A stretch of DNA of 63,796 bases, the filler included, from Octopus bimaculoides (Eukaryota), in NCBI RefSeq assembly GCF_001194135.2. It is 6 parts of 4 records of this genome, joined end to end, with 100 filler letters (N's around TTAATTAATTAA, not from the genome) between each part and the next. Parts side by side here need not be neighbours in the genome. Positions count along the whole stretch, not along the records: positions 1 to 16,761 come from NC_068985.1; positions 16,862 to 39,593 come from NC_068985.1; 4 more parts are not named here. The stretch is one strand, 5' to 3'. Numbering within the stretch: the stretch's first letter is position 1; every line of letters starts with the position of its first letter. The position numbers were made by a program, and so were the translations under genes. The notes beneath the pieces are model-generated. The model had not been told where the DNA came from, made no database searches, and worked only from the letters and a program-made list of their open reading frames with translations. This document shows, in pieces, positions 10,650 to 22,429 of this stretch.

Positions 10650-12781
10650 GCCTGGGGATGTGGCTTTAAAATAATACCTGGCATGTATTCTCTACGTGTT
10701 TTAAAAGGCGGCTGAAAGGGGAACCACAGTAACAAAAGGGTGGCCTCAACGGGATCATTAAAAACGGTACATCTACATAGTCGTTGCTGTGGTAGGGTGA
10801 GTTCAGGCCGCCTTTAAATAGGCCTGCACCGGGCAGCAGCGGTACAGCACAAGTGTTTCGGTGAATGATCCTTGAGTGATGGACAACAGCAGATCTTCAT
10901 TAAGTGGCGGGCGTTGTGGGAACTTTAGATGTAGCCATCACTCTGCAGTATTTAACGGGAAACCACTTCAATACTTTACAATTCCAAAGAACAATCATGG
11001 GTAGTCGTAATTCAATACTGGAAGGTAACGGCGTATAGGGGTCTTGTCTGTCTAATAAGGATTGCTCCTCGCCCAGTAGGGCATCCCATGAGCAGCAGGC
11101 GGATCCCGAATACAAGCAAACTACTGTTAACAGCAGAAGTATCATCCAAGCTGGAACCTGGATTGTGAGAATTTTATATCATAGTGGCAAGCTTGAAAAT
11201 GCTAAGCAAGAGATGATGAGATTAAACATCAACACCCTAGCATAATGAAACAAGGTGGCCGAATAATGGTGACCTCATCATCGGTGATATCAAGAGGATT
11301 TATACAGGTGGTAACAAACATGAACATGACATAGGAGTAAGACTGTTGTTAGATCCTGATATGGCAAAATATGTCCTTCATCACTGAACAGTAAGTGAAA
11401 GGATTTTGCTGGTCAAACTGCATGGATGTTCATTTAACATCTCCATCACAGTTGTTTATGCACCCACAGCAGATAGCAGAGAAGAGAAGACTGATGAATT
11501 CTATGATGAGACTGATGAAACCTTGAGGGAAGCCAAATATCAATGCAAGTCAGATAAAACTAAGATCTTCATGGGAAATCTGAATGCGAAGGTGGTCGTG
11601 GACAGGATGGCAAAGCAGTTGGTTAGTATGGAATTGGCGAGAAAAATGAGTGAGGTGAGAGCTGAATACAATGATGTGAGACAAAGAATATTATTATTAC
11701 GAACTCATGGCTTAAGAAACACCCTAGAAGAGTTTACACATGGAAGGACCCTCGTGACATCTTGAGAAATCAGATTGATTATATCTCCATGAATGACAGA
11801 TTTAAAAGACCAGTAATATGTGCAAAAACATATCCAGGATAAGACTGTAAAAGCAATCATGTACCAGTGGTATGCACACAATGTAAATTAAAGAAATTGA
11901 AGAGAGCGAAAACTACGGAGAAACTGGATATTAAGCGGCTGAATAATCCAGAGTTGCAATTGGAGTATTCCAACAATGTAGAGAATAGATTTAAGCAGTT
12001 GATTGATAATGAAGAGGAGATTACCTGGGAAATAATGAGAAACACCTTAGTAGAAACAGCCCAGGAAATCTTGCCAAAGGAAAATAGAAAAAAATAAATA
12101 AGAGATGGATGACTGAGATCCTTTCAATGATGAACAAGCGATAGAAGATCAGGACAGGAAATTCAAAGAATAAAGGGAGCTGGATTGACTGATTGAAACT
12201 TAGATCACAGAAGACCCAAGATGTGTGAAGATCAAAAGACGAATAGTGCTGGCAAAATCTGTATTCTCAAAATTGCATAATATCCTGAGAAACTGAATTC
12301 TGAGCATCAAGACCAAGATCCGTATATTGAACTGCTATGTCTACCTTGTGTTAAATGTATGGAAGTAAGGTATGGATTATAACATAAGAAATGAGAAAGT
12401 ACTTGGAGAGCAGTTAAATGTGGTTTTTAAGGAGAATATTGAGGATTGCATGGACAAAGTGTCTAATGAAGAAGTCATCTTTAGGGTTGCGGTAAATAGG
12501 TAACTGCATCGTAATATAACGACTAAGCAACTGAGATTTCTTGGACATTTGATGAGGAAAGAGGGCCTGGAGGATTTAACGCTGACCAGACAGATTGAAG
12601 GGAAAAGATGCAGAGGAAGGACAAGGATGATATGGATGTCAGGCTTGACAAACTGTTTGGAAGGAAGATGCATTAAACATCATGAAATGCAACTATTACA
12701 AAAAACAAAGAACAGAGAATTGTGGCAGGACACAATCGCATATATCGTACAATATGGACATGGCACCTAAAGAAGAAGAAC
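10650..12781 (+). mobile_element. internally deleted RTE LINE (5' UTR, APE endonuclease and C-terminus; RT core missing)
   Basis: GTWIVRILY..GKLENAKQEMMRLNINTL; ITVVYAPT; FMGNLNAKV; RNQIDYI (APE). It then jumps near 12240 to KIRILNCYV..MYGSKVWII and LRFLGHLMRKEGLE..GKRCRGRTRM. (GAA)n tail at 12771-12781. Confidence 0.85.
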
Positions 12782-12850
12782 CTGTTAGCCAGGTTTATTA
12801 CACGGAGTGCTTATTTAATCCCTGTTATCCCTGTTTTCCGTCATTTTATA

Positions 12851-12918
<68 letters not shown>

Positions 12919-13361
12919 TGGTGCATTTGTGAGGTTTATTTCGTTGCACCTTGCATGTTATTCAATAAAATTGTCCCAGTATGAATAAATACTTCCCAAG
13001 CCAAACTCTGTGACGATCACAAGCAACTTCACACATCATATAAAATCATTTATTTTTCCACCTGTAACTCCTTCCTTCATCTTCGTCGTCTCCCTCCCTT
13101 AAATCATTTGCATCTGACATTGTGAACTCCACCATCAGGTAAGACAGATAGCAGGTAGATAACAGAGAAAATAATGAAGCTGAAGGAAGTGGGTGTTTAT
13201 TACAGTGAAGTTTTGTTTCATCATTCACTGTCTTCATCGTTGCCTTTTCTCGTTCCTCTTCCACTGTCTGACGTAACTGTCGGTGTCAGCGTCCTCGTGG
13301 TTATCATCATCATCATCTTATATACATATACATATATATTTTGTAATATAACATTATATAT

Positions 13362-13393
<32 letters not shown>

Positions 13394-13474
13394 CATTATT
13401 ACGTAATATAACAAACTATATACATACATGAATGCATGCATGCATGCATGCAGTCATACGTATATATATATAAT

Positions 13475-13514
<40 letters not shown>

Positions 13515-13641
13515 TATATAGATATATGTACATATGCATATTTGTATACGTATGCATGTTTGTAAACGTATGCATGATTGTATATGTATGTATATGTATA
13601 TAGTATGTATATGTATGTATGTATGTATGTATGTATATATG

Positions 13642-13709
<68 letters not shown>

Positions 13710-13733
13710 TGTATGTATGTATGNNNNNNNNNN

Positions 13734-13765
<32 letters not shown>

Positions 13766-13858
13766 TATATAGATATATGTACATATGCATATTTGTATAC
13801 GTATGCATGTTTGTAAACGTATGCATGATTGTATATGTATGTATATGTATATAGTATG

Positions 13859-13890
<32 letters not shown>

Positions 13891-13896
13891 TATATG

Positions 13897-13964
<68 letters not shown>

Positions 13965-14163
13965 TGTATATATGTCTATTTAAGCATGCGTACACCCACA
14001 TACTTTGCTTACCTGTTATGTATATTTTTAATTGAATGTTTTCTAAAACTGTTTTTTTAAAGTCTGTAGCGATAAGACAACTACGTATATCTTCAATAAC
14101 ACACACTAATCTTTTTACATTTTAAAACAAAATTACTCATTTTACTGTCTAATGCTTGACGTA

Positions 14164-14214
<51 letters not shown>

Positions 14215-14479
14215 NNNNNNNNNNGTGCGCGCGCGAGTGTGCACGCGTGTGTATAGAAACATACATGCATGCATATATACGTGCATACATACACACTCAT
14301 ATACAGAGATGATCTCTGCTGTTTAATGATGCAGATTCAACTGTTAAATCAATTGAATTACTTACTCTTAAATTAACGTGTAAGTGCCTGAGTATACCAT
14401 AGACATGTGAACCCTTAACATAATTCTCAGGCAGAATCAGAGGGACAAAGCCGTAACTTTTTTGAATTATGGGTATTAT

Positions 14480-14590
14480 CAATGTAACGGGTCTCTATAC
14501 AGTTTCACTCCCAAATTCCAAGTCAATTGAAGGATGCAGAAAATGGTATTTAGCCGAGATGCCATGCACTGGGATCGAACTTGGGATATA
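14480..14590 (-). mobile_element. degenerate SINE family B head fragment
   Basis: GCCGAGATGCCATGCACTGGGATCGAAC resembles the family B head in reverse orientation. Confidence 0.45.
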
Positions 14591-15074
14591 TCTGTTTGTC
14601 ACTCGTCTCACTTTGTCTGTCTGTTTGTCTGTCTGTCTCTGTCTGTCTCTGTCTGCCTGTCTCTGTCTCTGTCTCTGTCTCTTTCTCCCCCCCCCTCTCT
14701 CTCTCTCTATATATATATACACANNNNNNNNNNNNNNNNNNNNNNNNNNNNNNNNNNNNNNNNNNNNNNNNNNNNNNNNNNNNNNNNNNNNNNNNNNNNN
14801 NNNNNNNNNNNNNNNNNNNNNNNNNNNNNNNNNNNNNNNNNNNNNNNNNNNNNNNNNNNNNNNNNNNNNNNNNNNNNNNNNNNNNNNNNNNNNNNNNNNN
14901 NNNNNNNNNNNNNNNNNNNNNNNNNNNNNNNNNNNNNNNNNNNNNNNNNNNNNNNNNNNNNNNNNNNNNNNNNNNNNNNNNNNNNNNNNNNNNNNNNNNN
15001 NNNNNNNNNNNNNNNNNNNNNNNNNNNNNNNNNNNNNNNNNNNNNNNNNNNNNNNNNNNNNNNNNNNNNNNNNN

Positions 15075-16390
15075 CGAATTAAATTCATTCAATACGCCTA
15101 CCCATCAACATAACTACCTGCAAAATCATAACTTTAGAGAAAGGAAAAATCAAAGTGGTCGATCAAGGAAATTATATATACACAAAAATAAGCAGAATGC
15201 AGATGGATTGAAGATATACTGGAGGTGAAAGGTGAGACTTCTTACAGATAAAAATTATAAAGAGCTTAAGAAAAATGGAATCCATAATTATGCTTCAACT
15301 TCTGCAGAGGTAAATGCAAGGATAATAGTTTCAAATATTAAAGTAAAGTCTATTTCATCTCGTGATGCCCCTCGTTCAGTTATCGCTAGTGAAGTTCAGA
15401 ATTTAAATGACTGTACATTGTCGCAAATACATCCGTTTGCACAGCATAATAGGAATATTAGACGTTGGAGGCAAGCTGATTCCAACTATTCTGCCACCCC
15501 ACTTACAAATGTTAGGTTTTCCATTCCAAGTGATTACTCCTACCTTGACAATGATGAAACGTTTTTACAGTATGACAGCGGGATGGAAAATTCAAAACGA
15601 ATCCTAATATTTGCAAGTGACGAAGCATTTCGAGAGTTAAAACAGCACAGATGAAACATTTAAGTGCTGCTCTAGTATATTATTTCAGTTAAGGCGGCGA
15701 GCTGGTAGAAACATTAGCACACCGGGTGAAATGCTGAGCGGTATTTCGTCTGTCTTTATGTTCTGAGTTCAAATTCCGCCGAGGTCGACTTTACTTTTCA
15801 TCTTTTCGTGGTCGATAAATTAAGCACCAGTCACGTACTGGAGTCGATCTAATCGACTATACCCTCTCTTCCAAAATTTCGGGCTTTGTGCCAAGAGTAG
15901 AAGAGTATATTTTTTCAGTTATATATACTTAACATTCTAATTGATAATTTTAATGCCCTCTGACAAAAGTCAAGATACTTATAGTAGATTTTTTGCCAAA
16001 ATAAATGAATTACTGCAGAATGAGGGACCTGATAATATAATTATGGATTTCGAAAAAGCAGCCCATAACGGATTTCTGGAATCGTCTCCTGGGTCGAATT
16101 TGGCATGCTGCTTGTTTCATTTAGGACAAAATGTGCACAAGTATGTTGTGCAAGGACTAAAATGCAGATGTCACGAAGATGGCAGTTTTGTTGCTCTTGC
16201 CTTCCTACCGGTTGATGATGTAGATAGATATGAACTATTTGTAGATGATGATGATATTCCACAGTGAAAATAATTATATGGGACCACCTAGAGGAAGAGG
16301 ACAGAGGAGGTGACATCTTGAACCTCCATTTCCATTACTTATATGGAATGTTTGGGATCGATGCATGACGGGGATTGCCCGTACTACAAA
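15075..16390 (+). mobile_element. MULE (Mutator-like) transposase relic
   Basis: FLYWCH-like KLYI..KIYWR..HNY; FLQYDSG..RILIFAS; FKCCSSIFFQLY (split by a SINE); IIMDFEKAAHNGF..ACCLFHLGQNV (DxE and CxFH motifs); LWNVWDRCMTGLPRTTN. Confidence 0.85.
15692..15903 (+). mobile_element. SINE family A inserted in the MULE transposase with an 18-bp TSD
   Basis: TSD AGTATATT(A/T)TTTCAGTTA at 15674-15691 and 15904-15921 (1 mismatch). Confidence 0.92.
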
Positions 16391-16392
16391 TA

Positions 16393-16761
16393 CTGGGTTG
16401 TCCGGAAAGTTCGTGCCGATTTTTAAAGAAAAGTAAAAGGTCAATAAATACTTACCATTACATTTATAATCAACCAAATATGAACCATTTTGTTGCACAA
16501 TGCGTCTTCATCTTTCCTTTAACTTGAAAATACCCTCTTCCCAGAAATGAGGTGGTTTCATGGTAAAGAATTCATCAAGGTATCTTTTTACCTCATCTAA
16601 GGAATTGAAATTTTTACCATTAAGACTATTCTGAAGAGACCTGAATAAGTGGAAATCCAAAGGAGCAATATCTGGTGAATATGGAGGGTGGGGTAACACA
16701 TCCCAGCCAAGCTGCAGCAATTTTTGTCTGGTTCCCAAAGAAACGTGCGGTCTTGCATGAT
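16393..16761 (-). mobile_element. mariner (DD34D-type) transposon 3' end with TIR
   Basis: ORF 16508-16738 reads LGWDVLPHPPYSPDIAPLDFHLFRSLQNSL. TIR-like CTGGGTTGTCCGGAAAGTTCGTGCCGATTTTT at 16393-16424, preceded by TA. The element runs into a gap. Confidence 0.9.
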
Positions 16762-16861
16762 NNNNNNNNNNNNNNNNNNNNNNNNNNNNNNNNNNNNNNN
16801 NNNNNTTAATTAATTAANNNNNNNNNNNNNNNNNNNNNNNNNNNNNNNNNNNNNNNNNNNN

Positions 16862-17093
16862 TGTTTTTAGATTCCACATTCGAGTTACCTCTATTTCCAG
16901 GTCTTTGTATTTTGAAAGTTTTTCCATTTCTTTTAGGGAAACGTTGTCATCTGCTGGTATTGATACATCTATTAGAAAGCATTTTTTTCCTTCATGATCT
17001 TTGACAACTATATCTGGTCTATTTGCCTTAATTTCTCTATCTGTGTGTATTGGCATATCCCAGAGTATGGTTGCTTTCTCGTTTTCTGTGACC
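16862..17093 (-). mobile_element. 5'-truncated RLE element, same family as 1-416, starting in a (TAA)n tract
   Basis: KVTENEKATILWDMPIHTDREIKANRPDIVVKDHEGKKCFLIDVSIPADD, nearly identical to the peptide at 1-316. The (TTA)n tract at 17094-17157 abuts its 5' junction. Confidence 0.92.
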
Positions 17094-17157
<64 letters not shown>

Positions 17158-17159
<2 letters not shown>

Positions 17160-18632
17160 GTTTGACTTTTGCTTTGTATTTGTACAAGTTGACTCCAAGT
17201 CTCACCCAGAGACCTCAAAAGACAACAAGCTAGACGTTCAAGTTGGTGTTATAACTTGGGTGCCATATATTTGGTTTTGCACAAAGTATTGTTCTAGAGA
17301 ATGCTTAAGAAAACATACCGCTTTTCATTCCGTGTTATGCGGGCAGCTTTAGCACATACATTTTGCTTGATGGTTTCTATGGTGGTACCGATGTCAACTA
17401 TCGTTTTCATATTATACCTTTTCTTTAATTTTCGGATTTTTGTTAGTTTAATATTCCTGTCAAACTTAAAGTTTTTTTAACGTTCTATGTCAGACCTAAG
17501 TAACTGAATTTGGTGTTGAATACGCTCTTGCTAACTAGGCTTTTTGTGGTAATATTGTTGTTTTCTAATCTTTTTACCACATAGAATCGTTGAGACCTTC
17601 GCAGGTGCATAGTACAAGTGGTTGAGATCTCTAATATCAACATCATTAGCTGAAATTATATCCTTAAGTGCAAGGCGGATTTTACCAGTTACTTTCAGGT
17701 TTTGGTTAGAGTTGCGAATTTTTGGGAGAGAGTTACGCTTATTCATACTAGCTTCTTTCATTTTCAGCCATTCAATCATGATTTGATTTTTTAGATCATC
17801 TAGTTCAGTTGGGTCAATTTCTGTGTGACTTTCTTCATCTATTTGATCTTCATCTGCATTGGTGTTTATGGTTGGTTCAGAGAATATTTCACTTGGCTTA
17901 CCAGTTACATTGACTCTTTCCATCATTACTGCATTTTTATCAGACCTTGGTTGGTCTGTAATTATTTCCTCTGTAGTATCTCCTTTAGCTGCAAATTCCT
18001 TCCTTTTATCCCTCACTGATTGTTTGATTTCGTCAATCTCTAATTCAGTTAGTAATTTCTTTTTCGTAATGTTTCTTCGGACGTTGGTAAATTTGTTACT
18101 ATCTATGTAAGATCTTACTTCTGGGTGCTTCTCTCTCCAGTTTAGGTAGGTTTGTTCAGTATTAGATTTATTTGTGGGGGAATGCATGGCACGATAGAAG
18201 GCCTTAAGAATTTCTTTATTATCTCCCCTTGACCATTATTCATTCTTTTCCTTTTGGTTATTTCATGACGAGCGTGGATGGCCATCTGTTGGAATATTCC
18301 GGTTGTGGGATACTTCAGCTCCTGTGTTTCGGAACTGGGGTAAAATATACGAAGCCTAGTATACCCATCATGACTACCCGTCTGATAAGGTTACACCAGG
18401 CACATGCTTCACAACCATATGAGCACGACATGGTGATCTTATATCAAGATAAACAGTGCATGACCTTGCAGGTGGGGACCCAGTTAGAATTTTCTTCAGG
18501 TCGAGTAGCCCAACCCGCTTAAACGGTCCCTGAATAACGAAGAGTTGTTTAAGGATGTTGAACGAAACACGCATGTTTCCAGAGGTGAATTATTCAAAGC
18601 CCAAAGAATTCCTCTCAACACGTGGCTATGCA
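17158..18632 (-). mobile_element. internally deleted R4/Dong-like element (5' UTR, N-terminal ORF, 3' UTR, TAA tail)
   Basis: WSREDNKEILKAFYRAMHSP..TYLNWREKHP..NKFTNVRRNI..LTELEIDEIK is homologous to 62600-62850. The RT and endonuclease are absent; the sequence joins a 3'-UTR-like segment ending in (TAA)n. Confidence 0.75.
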
Positions 18633-18699
18633 TGCTGCTGCTGTTATTGTTACTGTTGCTGTTTTCCAAAGCACAGATCTTTTACAGTCAGGTTGTATG

Positions 18700-18910
18700 T
18701 AATTAAACCTCAGCTCTTACTCGCCACTCAGAGGCATAACACTTTCCTCAGCACATGAGCCGTTCCACAGAAGCGCTGTCAGGCGGGAGTGTCCGAGATG
18801 CGCACACAGCGACGAAACCGTTCTGCACGCACTCGTGTCCGAGTATTGCTGACTTATGGAATTATGTCGAACAGCTGCTATCACATGTGGGACGAACCCG
18901 ACTATCCATC
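18700..18910 (+). mobile_element. L1/Tx1-like LINE C-terminal zinc-knuckle fragment
   Basis: RECPRCAHSDETVLHAL/CPSIADLWNYVEQLLS: CxxC-x7-H-x4-C zf-RVT pattern with a frameshift. Confidence 0.6.
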
Positions 18911-18929
18911 GTAAAGTACAAGTAGAAAC

Positions 18930-20420
18930 AGAAGAGGAATATGAACCAAGATTTCATAATAATTGATAATTATTTCATTCGGGATTGTTTAATACAAGAC
19001 CAAATCTAGTAGAAATTACAAGGAGTAAAACAGATGTTTCTCAAATAAATATTAAAAAAAAAAGATTGAAAAATGGCTCGAATCTGATGTGGTCCTGGTT
19101 AGTTTACTTAGAGAGCAAAGGTTGTGTATACTGTTTTGTTTGGAAACTCTTTTCTAAATGAGAAACATCACTCGAAACAGATGGGGTTTTTTTGACTGGT
19201 TGAATTTCATTCAGAACTCTGGAAAATCATGAAGATAGCATGAAACATTTGGGGGCACTATTGTGTTGGATAATAAGACAAAGAAACAAATGTATTCTGG
19301 ATCAGAAAAAGAAACGTACAGTACAATTTTGAAATACTGAAAAGAATTGTAGCTGTTACAAAGCTTTTAAGTGAAAGAGGTTTGGTATTTAGACATCAAG
19401 AGAAGTGGGCTCATCAAATAATGGAAACTTTATGAAGACTCCTGAACTTATTACAGAGTTCGACCTAATTATTACATGAATGTTTTGAGAAATCTAATGA
19501 TGAAAAAGTAAATACTACTTACTTATCTATCCAAAACTGTTTATAAGGAATTGATAGAAATTACGATAGAAGACGTGCAAGTCGAAACTGTGAAACAAAG
19601 TGACGACCAAGACACCAGATACTACTCTATTATTGTTGATTCTATGCCTGACCTGACACATATTGACTAGTTGGTATTTGCAGTTTGACACTGTTATAAT
19701 GGAAAACTGTGCGAGAGATTTTCAACATTTTTACCGATAGACAACCATTCATTCATGACCTTGTTCAACTACAAGTTAACCTTGTTCAATACTACAAGTC
19801 TTGAATGACCATAAGCTTTTACTTGAAAATATCCGTGATCACTCCCTAAGATAATGATCCTAAAATGGAGAGCTCAGAAAAAGGACTACAAACACTCTTT
19901 AAAAATGTTAACAGGTATATAGACTCATTCACTCAACCTTGTCGGAGAAAAGGCATTAGTGCATTCTGTGCCTGAAGATATTGAACACTTTGGATATTAT
20001 ATAGGAATTGTACGTTTTCTTTTCTGGATCTCCACGGACAGGGAAAATTTTAAACAGACAAGATAATTTAGATTTTTCTCTGAAGGTTTAAGTGTAATTA
20101 GATGGCCTGCACACTATGAAGCAGTCCGGGCAATTAAAAACGGATTCACGAGTAACTTATAGACTCTGAAACATGTTTTTGAAGACTTAGAGGAAAACCA
20201 GAATGTAAGCAAGATGCAACGATTGTGTATAACAAACTGGAATATGCTATTTTCGCAGCTGTTTAGGAAGAAGTTCATAAATAAGAAACTATAAACATAT
20301 GGTCTTGATAAATCTCAAGGCAAACATCTCTAATTTTGTTTAAAGAAATCTCGAGAAAATTCAGATGAGACAGTGAAACACGTGTTAATGCTTCTTTGAG
20401 AGGAACCAAGAAATTTTAAG
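18930..20420 (+). mobile_element. hAT transposase relic (ZnF-TTF/ZMYM1-like)
   Basis: SWLVYLESKGCVYCF..LF; FDW..LENHEDSMKH; LKRIVAVTKLLSERGLVFR; SNNGNF; YYSIIVDSMPDLTHID; LSVIRWPAHYEAV. Many stops and frameshifts. Confidence 0.85.
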
Positions 20421-20520
20421 ATTTTATAGATTTTAAAATTAGGATTTTGTAGAGTACGCATGCTTTTCTGGATGGTGATTGGTCTCCTTCATTGTTTGAA
20501 TTGTATATTAGTGGTTCTCT

Positions 20521-20562
<42 letters not shown>

Positions 20563-21227
20563 AGTATATAAAAAAACAACGCTCATTATTATATTAGGAG
20601 ATTATACACACATCTTAACACTTTATAGTATATTTACATATATNNNNNNNNNNNNNNNNNNNNNNNNNNNNNNNNNNNNNNNNNNNNNNNNNNNNNNNNN
20701 NNNNNNNNNNNNNNNNNNNNNNNNNNNNNNNNNNNNNNNNNNNNNNNNNNNNNNNNNNNNNNNNNNNNNNNNNNNNNNNNNNNNNNNNNNNNNNNNNNNN
20801 NNNNNNNNNNNNNNNNNNNNNNNNNNNNNNNNNNNNNNNNNNNNNNNNNNNNNNNNNNNNNNNNNNNNNNNNNNNNNNNNNNNNNNNNNNNNNNNNNNNN
20901 NNNNNNNNNNNNNNNNNNNNNNNNNNNNNNNNNNNNNNNNNNNNNNNNNNNNNNNNNNNNNNNNNNNNNNNNNNNNNNNNNNNNNNNNNNNNNNNNNNNN
21001 NNNNNNNNNNNNNNNNNNNNNNNNNNNNNNNNNNNNNNNNNNNNNNNNNNNNNNNNNNNNNNNNNNNNNNNNNNNNNNNNNNNNNNNNNNNNNNNNNNNN
21101 NNNNNNNNNNNNNNNNNNNNNNNNNNNNNNNNNNNNNNNNNNNNNNNNNNNNNNNNNNNNNNNNNNNNNNNNNNNNNNNNNNNNNNNNNNNNNNNNNNNN
21201 NNNNNNNNNNNNNNNNNNNNNNNNNNN

Positions 21228-21262
<35 letters not shown>

Positions 21263-21469
21263 CTATACATAGATCTAAAACAACAGGATTAGTAAAGACA
21301 GACCGGAATTTAAGAGAAGAGAAAACCAAAAGGTCTCATGATATTCATTGAAGGATGTTATTTCAGATATTCTCATTTTAAAAATCATCTCCAGTTAATC
21401 GTTGAGTGGACGTTGGTGTTGCGTTGGCGGAGGTTTGCGCTCTCTGAGTGCTCTTGTTCTTTTTTTCTT

Positions 21470-21677
21470 CTTTAACTTGTTTTAGTCATTTGACTGCAGC
21501 CTTGCTGGAGCACCACCTTTGGTCGAACAAATCAAACCCAGGACTTATTCTTTGTAAGCCTAGTACTTATTCTATCGGTATATTTTTGCTGAACCGCTAA
21601 GAGACGGGGACATAAACACACCAGCATCGGTTATCAAACGATGGTGGGGGACAAACACAAATACATACATACAAACA

Positions 21678-21713
<36 letters not shown>

Positions 21714-21910
21714 TATATATANNNNNNNNNNNNNNNNNNNNNNNNNNNNNNNNNNNNNNNNNNNNNNNNNNNNNNNNNNNNNNNNNNNNNNNNNNNNNNN
21801 NNNNNNNNNNNNNNNGGCTATAGTAGAAGACACTTACCCAAGGGGCTACGCAGTGGGACTGAACCCGAAACCATGTGGTTGGGAAGCAAGCTTCTTACCA
21901 CACAGTCATT
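21470..21910 (-). mobile_element. tRNA-derived SINE, family B (CORE-SINE-like), spanning a gap
   Basis: Minus-strand head TGACTGTGTGGTAAGAAGCTTGCTTCCCAACCACATGGTTTCGGGTTCAGTCCC, CCTTGGGTAAGTGTCTT core-like block, internal microsatellite and family tail. Confidence 0.85.
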
Positions 21911-22429
21911 TAATAATAATCGAACATATAATGCACAAATGAGCTGGCAATTTCACTTACATAGTTAAGATTTGGCACTGAATTCAAGTAGGGAGGGTCA
22001 AATTTGGAAACTCAGCAAGAAAGTAACTAGACAAGCCAGTTGTATTTCTTTTTTGTTTCTTTTTTGATATTGTAATTAGAGAAGTATCATTCAGCAATTA
22101 GCGAACATAAGTCTACTTATTCTATAAAGAATTAAAAAAACAAACAGTTTTGTTTATGTGTTCTATTCGTTCGTTCGGCTATTATTAAATAACTGCGCCG
22201 AGTATATTGCAGTGCTGTTCAAAGTGGTGGACCGCGAGCCACCAGCTGAATGTGAATTTTTAATTAATTGTTATTTTATTAAAATGAAAGAAGTAATCAA
22301 GGAAAAACATATTCTGTTAGTTTTAAGGATATGTTTTCTAAATCAACATGAAATAAACCACGTTCATCATAAAATGAATCAGAATTACCAACATCAAATG
22401 TAAAAGATATGCTCCTAATCCATATTGAT

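Noticed and set aside
13474-13975. ~250-bp direct duplication around a 10-N gap (similar at 26907-27076 and 63469-63582)
   Set aside because: Unmerged overlapping contig ends; an assembly artefact rather than a biological repeat.
16806-16817. TTAATTAATTAA islands inside N runs (also at 39638, 45119, 55420 and 57753)
   Set aside because: An identical 12-mer centred in 100-nt pads (44 N each side where counted) with stops in all six frames. These are artificial scaffold linkers, so adjacency across them is unreliable.
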